Source: an uncultured Planctomycetota bacterium (GTDB lineage Bacteria > Planctomycetota > Planctomycetia > Isosphaerales > Isosphaeraceae). Taken from it: 64,000 nt of DNA. This document shows, piece by piece, positions 33,430 to 44,038 of this stretch (positions within the stretch are counted from its first letter, which is position 1; every line of letters starts with the position of its first letter). Under the pieces are notes generated by a model. That model was not told where the DNA came from, did no database searches, and saw nothing but the letters and a program-made list of their open reading frames with translations. The translations under genes were made by a program, and so were the position numbers. The stretch spans positions 288,001 through 352,000 of the forward strand of contig CAWGMQ010000005.1 in NCBI GenBank assembly GCA_963823665.1, given 5' to 3'.

Positions 33430-34347
33430 ATGATCCAACATCTCTTGCCCATGCGCGATGGCCGGAAGCTCGAGGTCACCGAGTTCGGAGATCGCGCCGG
33501 ACATCCCGTCTTTTTCTTCCACGGGCTGATCGGATCGCATCATCAGGCAGCCTACATCTCCGACGAAGCGGGACGTGCCGGCCTCCGGATCATCGCGCCG
33601 AACCGGCCCGGTGTGGGCCACTCCGAGTTCGTCGCTCGCAAGACCGCGCTCGAGTGCGTGACCGACGTCGAAGACGTGGCAACGGCCCTGGGTTTCGACG
33701 AGTTCAGCCTGATCGGAATCTCCGGCGGAACACCTTACGCCCTGGCGGCCCTCTCGCGCCTGGCACAACGGGTGAAAACCGTGACGGTGATCAGCGGTAT
33801 GGGGCCGATCCATTTGCGCGGGGCGCTGCGCGGCATGGACCGGCGACGGAGGATCACGCTTGCGATCGGCTCACGATGGCCGAGCGTCGCGCGCCGCGGA
33901 TTCCAGAAAGCCGCCGACCGTTTCCGCGCCAACCCCGAGGGATTGCTTGATCGCCTGATCATGACCTGGTCCCTCGCTGATCAAATTGTGTTCAAACGGA
34001 AAAGCGTCTACGACCTCTTCATGCAGGACTTGCACCACGTCTTCACGCTCGGCGAGGGCCCGATCACGATGGCGCATGAGCTTGCCCTCTACCGCAATTA
34101 CGGCGTCTCGCTCAGCGACCTGCCCAAAGACAAGATGATCACCCTCTGGCACGGCCTCTCCGATAATATCGTTCCGCCGGCGATGGCTTGCGCGATGGCT
34201 TTATCACTGCCCTTGTGCGAGGCGCACCTGGTTCCCGGCGGGCATTTCGTGGCCGTCGATATCGCCGATCGGATCATTGCCCGGCTCAGGCGATCGCTCG
34301 AAGCGCCGAGCGACAGCCCGGCGGCAACACGGAGCCCATCCCGATGA
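33430..34347 (+). CDS. Alpha/beta fold hydrolase
   Basis: FFFHGLIGS, PNRPGVG, GISGG, WHGLSDNIVP and GGH. Confidence 0.88.
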   Translation: MIQHLLPMRDGRKLEVTEFGDRAGHPVFFFHGLIGSHHQAAYISDEAGRAGLRIIAPNRPGVGHSEFVARKTALECVTDVEDVATALGFDEFSLIGISGGTPYALAALSRLAQRVKTVTVISGMGPIHLRGALRGMDRRRRITLAIGSRWPSVARRGFQKAADRFRANPEGLLDRLIMTWSLADQIVFKRKSVYDLFMQDLHHVFTLGEGPITMAHELALYRNYGVSLSDLPKDKMITLWHGLSDNIVPPAMACAMALSLPLCEAHLVPGGHFVAVDIADRIIARLRRSLEAPSDSPAATRSPSR

Positions 34348-35105
34348 GCGAAACAGAGAAGGACCATTTTTCGGGACACGCCGCGTGCTATCAGCAGTTT
34401 CGGCCGAACTATCCTGCGCCGCTTTTTGAATACCTCGCGTCGCTCTGCACTGCGCATGATCTCGCGTGGGACTGTGCAACCGGCAACGGGCAGGCGGCCG
34501 TGCCGCTCGCTCGATACTTCACCAGCATTATCGCGACGGATTTCAGTGCGCAGCAGATTGAGCAGGCAGAGCGCCGGGCGACGGTGCGGTATCTGGTGGC
34601 GCCGGCGGATCAGGTTCCTCTTGCAGACACGTCGGCCGACCTCGTGACGGTCGCGCAGGCGCTGCACTGGTTCGACCTCACGAGCTTTTACCGCGAGGTG
34701 CGCCGGGTTGCCAAGCCGGGCGGGTTCCTGGCGGTCTGGTGTTACGAAATGCACCACATCACCCCGGAGATTGATGGGATAGTGCGCCGACTTTATTCCG
34801 ACATCGTGGGGCCGTACTGGCCGCCGGAGCGCAAGATTGTCGAGGAAGGGTATCGCACGCTGCCGTTCCCATTCGACGAGCTTGCACCACCCCAGTTCGA
34901 GATGGTGCACTCTTGGAATCTCGACCATGTATTGGGCTATTTTGGGTCGTGGTCGTCGACTCAGCGCTATCGCAAGCAAGTGGGTGAGGACCCGCTCGCG
35001 CTGATCGCCGATGAGCTCAAAGCAGTTTGGGGCGATCCCGAACGGGTTCGCGACGTCGTGTGGCCGTTGAATTTGAGGGTCGGGCGAGTCAGTCCAGTGT
35101 CTTGA
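34344..35105 (+). CDS. Class I SAM-dependent methyltransferase
   Basis: KDHFSGHAACYQQFRPNYP, AWDCATGNGQ, DLVTVAQALHWFD. Confidence 0.92.
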   Translation: MSETEKDHFSGHAACYQQFRPNYPAPLFEYLASLCTAHDLAWDCATGNGQAAVPLARYFTSIIATDFSAQQIEQAERRATVRYLVAPADQVPLADTSADLVTVAQALHWFDLTSFYREVRRVAKPGGFLAVWCYEMHHITPEIDGIVRRLYSDIVGPYWPPERKIVEEGYRTLPFPFDELAPPQFEMVHSWNLDHVLGYFGSWSSTQRYRKQVGEDPLALIADELKAVWGDPERVRDVVWPLNLRVGRVSPVS

Positions 35106-36417
35106 TCGACACATTCCGGAACTCGACCGGGTCGTTGTGGCCGGCGAAGCCGAAGAAGCCGGAAGTCCGGTCTTTGCCGGGATGGGGCGAGTTGGACATG
35201 AATTCCTTGACCTTGCTCAGGTCGGTGTCGAGGATGACGGTACCGTTTAACTCGACCTTGATCGTGGATCCCTTGACGGTGACCTCCTGGAAGTTCCACT
35301 GGCCGATTGGGCGCAGATAGCCGCGGGCGGCAGCGACCATGCCGTAGGCTGAGCCGTGCGCCTGGCGGGCGTCGAGAGATCCTGCGTACTTTGAGTGACC
35401 GTCATCCAGAACTTGCAGCTCGCACATGCCGTGATAGGCGGTGTCACCTTTGCCGGGATAACGGATCGCCAGGCCGTTGTTCCCGCCCGGCGGAAGCTTG
35501 AATTCAACCCGGGCCATGAAATCGGTCAACTCCTTGTTGAGATAAATGGTTCCTCCTTCATTCGGCTTGCAGCGCAGGACGCCGTCTTTGACTTCATAGT
35601 TCTCGATCGGGCCGGCCCAACCCGTCAGGTCCTGGCCGTTCAAGATCGGCTGGAAGCCCGAGCTGCCGTGCTTGGCCAGAATCTGGTTGGCCTCGTCGGG
35701 GGGGATCTCGCGAATTGAGATATTCCGCCACAGGAGCTCATGATCGTGGGTTTGAAGCTGAATCGAGCCTCGGGCCGGGATCGGCACGCTTCGCTTCCAG
35801 TAGTTCTCGAGCAGCGCGTGGTCGACGATGAGCTTGTCATTCAAGTAGATCGTTGTGCGCGCGCCGACCTGGATGATCCGGAATGTGTTCCACTGGCCGA
35901 CGGGGTTGTCGGCGCGGACCAGGGGATCTTTTCCCGGTGCGCCCGGGCTGTTGTTCCAAAGACCGCCAGAGCCCTTGTCGGCGCCCATCGACGCGTAACG
36001 CGGCTCGGTGAAATCCCAGATCTGGACCTGCGGCGTCCCGCGCAGGTACACGCCGCTATCGCCCTGCGGTCCGATCTTCCAATCGACCAGGATCTCGATG
36101 TCGCCGTATTCTTTGTCAGTGGTGAGATAGACACCCTGGCCATCATTGACGATTACGCCGTCTTGAACCTTCCAGTGTTTCGTCATGTCGTCGGCACCCT
36201 CGGCGAGCACCTTGGATTTCTCTTCCGCGGCGAGTGCTTCGAACTGGCGCGGATCCATCGTCTTCAGGCCATGCCAGCCGGTGAAATCGTTGCCGTTGAA
36301 GAGCGTGGTGAAGCCGTCGCGCGAGTTGGCCGGTTGCACGGCGGCTTTGCGATCGTCGCCGAAGGCGGAACCCGTGATGAGTCCGGCGAACAAGACGAGT
36401 GAAATTGGCTGGCGCAT
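35089..36417 (-). CDS. Secreted protein with two DUF1080 (3-keto-disaccharide hydrolase-like) domains
   Basis: Signal peptide; two units each with LFNG.D.TGW, (D/N)(S/N)G..IR, G.WN and a terminal RN(I/V)SI. Confidence 0.9.
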   Translation of the reverse strand: MRQPISLVLFAGLITGSAFGDDRKAAVQPANSRDGFTTLFNGNDFTGWHGLKTMDPRQFEALAAEEKSKVLAEGADDMTKHWKVQDGVIVNDGQGVYLTTDKEYGDIEILVDWKIGPQGDSGVYLRGTPQVQIWDFTEPRYASMGADKGSGGLWNNSPGAPGKDPLVRADNPVGQWNTFRIIQVGARTTIYLNDKLIVDHALLENYWKRSVPIPARGSIQLQTHDHELLWRNISIREIPPDEANQILAKHGSSGFQPILNGQDLTGWAGPIENYEVKDGVLRCKPNEGGTIYLNKELTDFMARVEFKLPPGGNNGLAIRYPGKGDTAYHGMCELQVLDDGHSKYAGSLDARQAHGSAYGMVAAARGYLRPIGQWNFQEVTVKGSTIKVELNGTVILDTDLSKVKEFMSNSPHPGKDRTSGFFGFAGHNDPVEFRNVSIKTLD

Positions 36418-36525
36418 GATGTCGTTCTCTCAGAGCTCGATGGTTTGAAAAAAGGGGAGGCTGGAATATGGGTGGGAACGCACGGATGGTTTGCACCATC
36501 ATCGGCGGAGTTTGCACGCGGATCA

Positions 36526-36547
36526 AGTGTAGTGCCAAGGGCTGAAG
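36526..36547 (+). repeat. 22-bp direct repeat AGTGTAGTGCCAAGGGCTGAAG, copy 1 of 4
   Basis: Exact copy at 41856-41877; partial or variant copies at 44832-44846 and 45628-45647. Confidence 0.85.
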
Positions 36548-36578
36548 CCCGTGAACTCCGTTCAGGAGTTTGATAACG

Positions 36579-39500
36579 CTATTCGGGGCTTACCGCGACC
36601 GAGGAATCTTCGCGGGATTCTTCGCCATTCCTCAAACCCAGGGCAAGGGCCGCACCCGATGCACCGAGGGATTCCACCAGCTCGTGCGCCGCGGCGCGGA
36701 CTCGCAGAGCAGGGTCTTCCAGGGCTTCTCGAAGGACGGCGGCCGCGCTCGGGTCGCTCGATTCCGCGGAGAGAAGCGATCTCGCGGCAATCAAACGCAC
36801 ACGCGAGTTCGGATCCGCGACAAGGCGCTGCATTACCTCCGACACCGTGCCGGTAGGAGCCAGAGATAGCGCCATCGCAGCGTTCATTCGCAGGCCATCG
36901 TCGGCATCAAACGTGCACTCGACGAGTGAGGGGATGGCCGCCGCTGGAATGGCGTCGAGCCGGGCCAAGGCGTGGGCGCAGTTCGCGCGTACCCGAACCT
37001 CCGGGTCGCCCAAGGCTTCGACGAGCGCGGAGATGGCTTGTTCCTCTATGGCCGTCGCGTTCATCCAGCCTGCCGAGGCCAACATCCGCACGTTGCCGCA
37101 GGCATCCTTCAGGCCGGCGGCAAGCGCCTCCGGCGTCTCGGGTGGTTGAATCTTTGCGATCGCTCGCATGGCCTGTTGGCGAACACTTTCGACCCCGTTC
37201 TGAACGGCGTGGAGCAGAGGCCCTCCGGCGGCGCCGGCGGCCCCACCAAGCTGGCCAAGGGCCAGGGCAGAGTAGACCTGAACCCAGTCGCTGTCATCTT
37301 CCAGCAGCCGGCGGCACAAGCCTTCGATGACTGCCGGCCTTGCACCCGCAAGCTTCGGCAACACCTTGGTTACCTCAACTTTGACCTGATCATTCGCGTC
37401 GTCGAGGAGGCAAATCAGGCCTTCCAGGTCTGCTTCGCTCGGCTCGCCCCACTGGCCCAAGGACTGGACCGCGGCGGCTCGAACCAGAGGGTCGGGATCC
37501 CGGAACGCCGCCACGACCATCGGTGTCAATCGCCGAGTCGGCATGCCCAGCGCACCCAAGGCACGAATGGCCTCGCTACGGACGCCACCGTCCTCGTCGT
37601 GAATTATTCTCTCGAGTGCGGGCCGCGCGGCGGCCGCTGTACCCCCCATTCTGCCGAGCGCCTCGGCCGCGTTTCGGCGCACAACTGCATTCACGTGGCT
37701 CAGGGAATCGACCAGGGCAGGAATTGCCCCGTCGGCGGATTCTCCCATCTCGCCCAGGGCTTCCGCCGCCAGGGCACTCACCACGTTGTCTTGGTCTCGT
37801 AGGGCTCGCATCAGACCGGGAACAGCAACAAGAGCCGCGCATTCGCCGATCTTGCCGAGCGCCTCTACGGCCATGGCTCGCACCCGGTCGTTGTCGTCGG
37901 CCATCGCGTGGACCAGAGCAGGGGCAGCGTCATCGGCCGCGGCGCCAATGGTCCCGAGAGCCTCGGCCGTCTGAGCGCGCACAACATTGTCCGGGCTGTT
38001 CAGACCTAGAACCAACGCGTCCGTGGCTGCGTGATCCAGCGGCCCGACGTGCGCGATGGCTTCGGCAGCGGCCGTGCGTACCGACTCGTCGCTATCCTGC
38101 AAAAGCGGCACAAGCGCCGGGACCGCCGGAGCCGCGTCCTTCCCCATCACTCCCAGGGCCCGCGTCGCCGAGATCTTGACGGGCGCACTCGAGTCCTTCA
38201 GCATCTGGACGAGTGCGGCGGTGGTAGCCTGCGGGGACCCGCGGACCTCGCCAAGTGCCGTGGCCGCGTGGCAGCGAATCGTTTCGTCCGACTCGTTCAA
38301 CAATGCGATCAGTAGCGGCCCCGCCGCCGCCGCTGCCGGCCCGATCCGACCCAGCGCCGTGACGGCCTGGATCCGCACCGCCGTCGAGTCGTCGGCCAGG
38401 GCCGCCTGAAGCGTCGCCACGGCGAACTCGACGGGGTCGTGCTTTGGTGATTGCGCGAATTGGTTCCGTTTCTGAAAGAACAGCCAGATCCTTCCCACTC
38501 TCGCGACTCGGACCCGACGACGGGCGCGCATGGAGTGCGCCGATACGGCCCGCAGGCTGCCGAGGACCCCGAGCGCTTCGATCACGCTTTGCCGCACCAT
38601 CTCGCTGGGGTCTCGAATGAGTGCGGCCAGTACTGGCAACGCTTTCACGGCGTGGAGCCGGCCCAGCGCAGCAGCGACGATTGCACGGACGTGCGCGTGC
38701 CGGTCGCGCAAGTCACGGACCAGGGCGGGGATTATGGAGGGACCAATCGTTTCCAGGATGAGCGGCAGCCGGTCCCGCTGCTCCTTCGTCAGCGTCGGCA
38801 CCAGGCGCAGCGACCCCAGCAGTGGGCCGATCGCCAGTGCACCGTAACTCGGTAACGCATTCCGAGCCCGGTCGTGGATCGGCTCGTGCGGACTCCAGAA
38901 ATCGGTGATCGTTTCGGCTAGCAGTTTTCCCTGTCGCAGGGATGCGAAGATCTGATGGAGCAAGACCATCGTGAAGAACAGTTTGAACCCGGCGAGCAGC
39001 GCTTGTGCCGGCCAGGTGGCCACGCGAACGGATGCGGCCCCCAAGATATGGTGTGACTTGAACAGGTCAAGCACGTCCACGATGCCCAGGGTTTGCGCGA
39101 GAGCGTAAGCCACGAAGTCGACATATGCCGGCACCCTCAGTACGTTGGCAACCTGATACCAGTCTCGCCCGATCGATTCATAGAGGCCTTGGTTCAGCAG
39201 GGCGAACCCGCCGATCAAAGCAACGGTCGCGCATCCCAATAAAGGCAGACGGAGATGCCTGCCGTATAGTTCGAGGTTCAGTGCCAGCCCCTGGCCCTTG
39301 AGCGGGTTATGGACCGCCTTGTAACCCCGCTCGACCTCGTTCCGTTCCAGGTCGATGAACATGTAAGCCAGGCAAGCGGTGATCCCCATGAACATTGGGG
39401 GCAGGCCGAACAGGACCCTCAAACCGGGCCACAGGCTCCCGGCCAGCCCGCCCGCAACGAGAAAAACGACGACGATCCCCAAGAACACCGGCCACGAAGC

Positions 39501-39740
39501 CCACCCTAGCAGACGCTCCCAGAGCAGAAAGCCCCCCTGGATGGCTCCTTTCACAACAAGGCCGACGCCGCGCAAGACCGCGGCAATCAGCCCGATCCGG
39601 TGCAAGATGCCCGCCAGCACGCTTGTTCCAGCGAGCACCAGAAGCAGCAGATACGATGGATCTGCCTGTTCCAGCTTGTCAAGCCAGAGCGCGGCATTCA
39701 TGAACACCGCCTCGGGCCACAAGTACACTGGAATGAACAT
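36579..39740 (-). CDS. HEAT/PBS-lyase repeat protein with N-terminal multi-pass membrane domain
   Basis: Several N-terminal TMs, then many L..ALxDxDxxVRxxAAxALG repeats. Confidence 0.9.
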   Translation of the reverse strand: MFIPVYLWPEAVFMNAALWLDKLEQADPSYLLLLVLAGTSVLAGILHRIGLIAAVLRGVGLVVKGAIQGGFLLWERLLGWASWPVFLGIVVVFLVAGGLAGSLWPGLRVLFGLPPMFMGITACLAYMFIDLERNEVERGYKAVHNPLKGQGLALNLELYGRHLRLPLLGCATVALIGGFALLNQGLYESIGRDWYQVANVLRVPAYVDFVAYALAQTLGIVDVLDLFKSHHILGAASVRVATWPAQALLAGFKLFFTMVLLHQIFASLRQGKLLAETITDFWSPHEPIHDRARNALPSYGALAIGPLLGSLRLVPTLTKEQRDRLPLILETIGPSIIPALVRDLRDRHAHVRAIVAAALGRLHAVKALPVLAALIRDPSEMVRQSVIEALGVLGSLRAVSAHSMRARRRVRVARVGRIWLFFQKRNQFAQSPKHDPVEFAVATLQAALADDSTAVRIQAVTALGRIGPAAAAAGPLLIALLNESDETIRCHAATALGEVRGSPQATTAALVQMLKDSSAPVKISATRALGVMGKDAAPAVPALVPLLQDSDESVRTAAAEAIAHVGPLDHAATDALVLGLNSPDNVVRAQTAEALGTIGAAADDAAPALVHAMADDNDRVRAMAVEALGKIGECAALVAVPGLMRALRDQDNVVSALAAEALGEMGESADGAIPALVDSLSHVNAVVRRNAAEALGRMGGTAAAARPALERIIHDEDGGVRSEAIRALGALGMPTRRLTPMVVAAFRDPDPLVRAAAVQSLGQWGEPSEADLEGLICLLDDANDQVKVEVTKVLPKLAGARPAVIEGLCRRLLEDDSDWVQVYSALALGQLGGAAGAAGGPLLHAVQNGVESVRQQAMRAIAKIQPPETPEALAAGLKDACGNVRMLASAGWMNATAIEEQAISALVEALGDPEVRVRANCAHALARLDAIPAAAIPSLVECTFDADDGLRMNAAMALSLAPTGTVSEVMQRLVADPNSRVRLIAARSLLSAESSDPSAAAVLREALEDPALRVRAAAHELVESLGASGAALALGLRNGEESREDSSVAVSPE

Positions 39741-39746
39741 GTCTCA

Positions 39747-40187
39747 CTATTTCTTGCTCACGTTGACCTTGAACTCGCTCTTGGCGTCGGCGCCCGTTGT
39801 CGGGTGACCTATGACCTTGATCGTGAATTCACCCAATGAGGCGTCGGCCGCGGCTTTGAGCGTGACCTTCGCTTCGGAGTCCCCGTGCTTGATAATCGGG
39901 CTGGCGGAAGCGAGAGTTACTCCTTTCGGGCCCTCGGCAAAAGTGAGCTCGACGTCTCCGTCGAAATTCTTGCCGCGAGCGATACCGATCGCGGCTTCTT
40001 TCGTCTCTCCCTGATGAAGGGGCGTCGACATATGCGGCACGCTGAGACTGAACGTGTTGTCAGTCTCTCCGTACACGGGCTGCTTGTGTGGCGGGTTGGT
40101 TACTCCCGGTCCGCCCGGCGTGCTCTGAGTGCAGCCGGCGAGGGCGAACCCCAGCAGAACCAGTGAGCCAGCGACTGAAGCCTTCAT
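39747..40187 (-). CDS. Small lipoprotein (Ig-like beta-rich)
   Basis: Lipobox LAGC; 6 bp upstream of the HEAT gene. Confidence 0.8.
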   Translation of the reverse strand: MKASVAGSLVLLGFALAGCTQSTPGGPGVTNPPHKQPVYGETDNTFSLSVPHMSTPLHQGETKEAAIGIARGKNFDGDVELTFAEGPKGVTLASASPIIKHGDSEAKVTLKAAADASLGEFTIKVIGHPTTGADAKSEFKVNVSKK

Positions 40188-40394
40188 GGAAGATCACCTT
40201 TCTCAGTAACCACGGGGAATGTAACCTACGACCACCAATGGAAGCTGGGAGAAACTCTCTGATCCAGCGGGGGAACACACGCCGGTGGCCCGATGATGGT
40301 GGGCCGCACGGCCCACCGCCAGTTCCGACGTGCCTATTTACCCGTGAGATGCAAATGTCGGGCCCTCCGACCATCTATGCTGGATCGAATCCGC

Positions 40395-40505
40395 AAAAAA
40401 AAACCGGCGTGGTCGAACACCCTCAGGCATTCGACCACGCCGGCTTACTCGTCAACGAGCCCCCCGGCGCGGCCGGGTTGCCCTCAGTCTAGTCGTCCGA
40501 CGACA
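40395..40505 (-). ncRNA. Structured leader RNA with intrinsic terminator (resembles the Rhodopirellula-1 motif)
   Basis: Minus strand reads GGACGACUAG..GAGGGCAACCCGG..CCGGGGGGCUCGUUGACGAGUAAG, then a perfect 14-bp stem (40404-40417/40430-40443) and a U9 run, upstream of the lipoprotein-HEAT operon. The family name is from recall, not a search. Confidence 0.55.
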
Positions 40506-40657
40506 TCTAATCAGGTTTTTATCGGAGCCGACAGCCAGTTGACATGGGCTCGTGTTTCACTTTTATTTTGACAAGCTGAGCGCAAATAGCAAGTGAATTC
40601 TTTTACGTTCTTTTGTATAAAAAGGTTGAGACTTCCCAAAGACAGAGGACCACGACG

Positions 40658-41575
40658 ATGCCGCTCCAGGATGCTCGTCCCACGCTCGACGACTCGACCG
40701 ATGAGCATCCGGCTACCCCCGAGCCCGATCCGCCTCGGGTACGGATCAGGTTCGGCGCCCTGACCGACACGGGCAAAGTCCGCGTCACCAACGAGGATCA
40801 TTTCCTGGTCGCCGGGCTCTCCAAGTCAATGCAGGTATACAAGACCAGCCTGCAAGGACGGGACAGGTCGTTGTTCTCCGACGAAGAGGGATTCCTGATC
40901 GTGGTCGCTGACGGCGTGGGGGGCGCCGCGGGCGGTGAACGTGCCAGCGCCCTGGCGGTTGAGAACATGGAATCGTTCGTGCTGAACACGCTCAAATGGT
41001 TCCTCCACTTCAGCGGCCACGACGAGCACTCCCTTCTTGCCGAGCTTCGCCAAAGCCTCGAACGCGCTGATCGGACCGTGATCGAGCGCGCCCGGACCAA
41101 CCCCGTCCTCCAGGGCATGGCGACTACCCTGACGATGGCCTATAGCGTCGCCAACGACCTGTACATCGTCCACGCGGGGGACTCACGCGCGTACCTGTTC
41201 CGCGAGGGTGTACTCGAGCAGTTGACCAGCGACCACACGCTCGTCCAACGCTTGATCGACGGCGGCGCGATTTCGACGGAGGATGCCAAGCGGCACAAGT
41301 GGCGCAACGTCGTGACCAACGTCATCGGCGGTGACCGCGAGGGTGTCTTTGCCGAGGTCCACAAGCTCGCGGTGCTCGACGGCGACACGCTGCTGTTCTG
41401 CACCGACGGCCTGACCGAGCCCGTTAGCGACGACGCAATCGCCGAGGCCCTCCGGCATCACCCCGATCCCGAAGACGCCTGCGCGCACCTCGTGGACCTG
41501 GCCCTCCGCGGAGGCGGGTCCGACAATGTGACCGCGGTCGTCGCACGGTATCAGGTTGATCAGAATCCATTGTGA
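40658..41575 (+). CDS. PP2C-family Ser/Thr protein phosphatase
   Basis: TDTGKVRVTNED, VADGVGG, HAGDSRAY, TSDHT, CTDGL and GGSDNVT. Confidence 0.95.
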   Translation: MPLQDARPTLDDSTDEHPATPEPDPPRVRIRFGALTDTGKVRVTNEDHFLVAGLSKSMQVYKTSLQGRDRSLFSDEEGFLIVVADGVGGAAGGERASALAVENMESFVLNTLKWFLHFSGHDEHSLLAELRQSLERADRTVIERARTNPVLQGMATTLTMAYSVANDLYIVHAGDSRAYLFREGVLEQLTSDHTLVQRLIDGGAISTEDAKRHKWRNVVTNVIGGDREGVFAEVHKLAVLDGDTLLFCTDGLTEPVSDDAIAEALRHHPDPEDACAHLVDLALRGGGSDNVTAVVARYQVDQNPL

Positions 41576-41586
41576 GGAGAACGGAG

Positions 41587-41856
41587 ATGCATCACTTCCG
41601 AGGAAAGCTCTTCCAGGGGGAGAAGGTCTGTCTCGATCCCGCAAACGTCTACATCGACTACCAATCGGAGGTTGATGTAACCTCGAACTGGTCTGGCTAC
41701 CTCCTGGTCAAATCAGAGAAGGACGTGGCGGCTGGAGGCATCTACACGCTGAAGTTGGAGGACGGGCGGGCTGGACAGCTACGGATCGACACTCTCGCTC
41801 CAGACGACTCGGATAAGGTTCGAGCGATGTTCGTGGGCGAGGGGTTGCTGGGGTGA
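41587..41856 (+). CDS. Small hypothetical protein
   Basis: GGAG RBS and globular-like composition; the stop codon abuts direct-repeat copy 2. Confidence 0.6.
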   Translation: MHHFRGKLFQGEKVCLDPANVYIDYQSEVDVTSNWSGYLLVKSEKDVAAGGIYTLKLEDGRAGQLRIDTLAPDDSDKVRAMFVGEGLLG

Positions 41857-41877
41857 GTGTAGTGCCAAGGGCTGAAG
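41856..41877 (+). repeat. 22-bp direct repeat, copy 2
   Basis: Identical to 36526-36547. Confidence 0.85.
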
Positions 41878-42094
41878 TACTGCCAACTTGGCTGACCCCG
41901 TGGACAAGCCTGGGATTGGCAGGGCAATTGCAAGCACGTTTGATACCCAGGCGGAGAATTCGGTATTGAAAAGGCGTGGGATAGGCTCCATCGGGCTGCG
42001 CCTCGAATCCGGCCCGGGGACTCTCGAGAGGATCGTCCGCGCGGACGGCCTCGTGAGGGCAAAGACCTTGAAGTGACCGAAGGAAGGCACCCCC

Positions 42095-42546
42095 ATGCGG
42101 AATCACGTTCACAGGACATCGGCCAACGGCTCGGACACAGCTCGTGGCGCTGGGCGTAAGGCTCGGAACGCATTGCTGGCGGTCAGAACGGAGACTTCCG
42201 ACATGATCCCCGCTGCTGGGAGCTTTCTCAGCCGGGCGATGTACACGACTTCGTATGGCGTGTCGTATGGAATGATCTTCCCCGTGTTGCTGATAGGCGC
42301 GCGGTGCCGAGGGAGAACGCACTCGTGCACGGCATTGCCGACGGTGCGAACGCGGCGCGGGACCAGGTCACGTCGTGGCTGGGGTCGAGAGATGGGGTTG
42401 AGGGCGACCAGGAGGAAGAGGGCGAAGAGAGTGATGAGGACGGGGAATCAAGTTCCGACCAGAACGGAGCGACGCTTCCAAAACGGCAGCGACGGCAAGG
42501 CGCCCGGGCACGCAGCGGTCGCCAGGGGTCGCGTTCCGCGCGCTGA
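42095..42546 (+). pseudogene. Hypothetical protein, frameshifted or partial
   Basis: FLSRAMYTTSYGVSYGMIFPVLL continues in another frame as PRENALVHGIADGANAARD. Confidence 0.4.
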
Positions 42547-42598
42547 AAGTGACCCTGGGTGTGTGATGAGCGCTGCGTGGGTTGCCGGGAATCGTTGT

Positions 42599-43100
42599 TT
42601 ATCGGGCCGGGCAGCCGGCGAGGTTGGCCGGGTGGTGGACGCCTAACCGAGTTGCGACTTCGCGCAGGCGCGCGGCTGGCGGCGAAGTATCGGCCAAGGA
42701 GCCGGCCTTTGGTGAGCTTCTCGAGCCGGGCCCACCAGCGCTCGGCGCTGGAGCCGAGTCGTTCGAGGATTCCCGCGAGCTCGGCGGAGATTGCATTTGG
42801 GGTGGCGAGTGGCGGGTGATGGGTGGCGGGTGGTCTCAGGACTGTGAGCGGCTCGGTGGATTTGCCGTCGCGGAACAACCTTCCGGTGTATTCGACCAGG
42901 AGCAGGTCAATCTTTGGCCAGGTCGGGGTCGAGGCGTACCAGTACATGCAGATGGTTGTCCATGACCGAGAACCCGGCGGCAGAGAGCGAGAAAATATCC
43001 GCAAGTTCTTGGAGGCGTTGTTCGATCCATTCTCTGCGGTTGATCGGGCCTTCACTCAGCAAGAACGCGCGACGCACACAGCGCGTGACGCACGTGTACG
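42599..43100 (-). pseudogene. Internally deleted HUH (Y1/RAYT-like) transposase
   Basis: YTCVTRCVRRAFLL..RREWIEQRLQELADIF..FSVMDNHLHVLVR (HUH motif) is fused to the C-terminal LVEYTGRLFRDGK..ILERLG..LLGRYFA. Confidence 0.8.
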
Positions 43101-44038
43101 CCCCCGCCGCGGACGCCGAGGCGGCCGCGACGCTGCGCCATCGCCGTTCCGGTCAAGCCAAGAACATCTCGATCTGTCGAAGCGCCTCCAGGCTCGTCGG
43201 CTCCCGGAGCAGCTCGGTGGCCAGACGGTGAACGGCCCTGGCCAGTTGGAAGGTCGCAGGCTCGTGGTCCTGCCAACTTTCCGTGGCCCCCATCCGGTTG
43301 CCCCATCGGAACCAGCAGCGGACGGTCATCCCGTCGCAGCCGGGACCCGCCGAGTTCTCCGGCCGCAGGGGGATGCTCGCCGGGATGCGCTCGTGGAACC
43401 GGACGATTTGTTGTCGATCCGCCCGCCCGGTCTCCTCCCATCGCTCAAGGTCAGACGGGGGAGGGCCCTGCTGAGGCCATCCCTCCTTCAGGAGCTGGTT
43501 CTCGGCCCCGAGCCGTCAATTCCCCGACGAACTTTACGAGGCAAACCTCGGCCGCTTCCGGCCACTCGACGACGATGATGCCGCAGGGCCGATAGAACGA
43601 GGGGGAGTACGAGACAAGGTAGAACGGCAATGTGTCAGACCTGACCACCTTCGAGAGCCACCGAGGCTCGAACCAGTGCCCCAGATCGGACCACGGGTCG
43701 CAGCCAGGTGGCTCTCCACCTGCGATGAGCGAGGCGCCGTCCTCCGCGCCGGGGTGCCTCGGGCCTGGGGGCTGTGGTTCGGGAGAGGACATGTGGGTCC
43801 TCCGGGCAGGAGCTCGTCGGACAGTAAGATGTCGGATGGGGCTCAGGTTAGCGGATCTGACCCTGCGTCGCCAGATCCCGGCGCCTCCCATGAGCGAACC
43901 CCATGAGGGAGGGAAATGGCCGTCGTCACCCCGAATCAGCCCCGTGACTTCGACAGGGCGGCTGCGACCTGAACTCATGGCCGCGGGTATTCGGCCTCGC
44001 CTCTGGGGGGGTGTTGAATTCGGCAGTCGCAATCGGAG

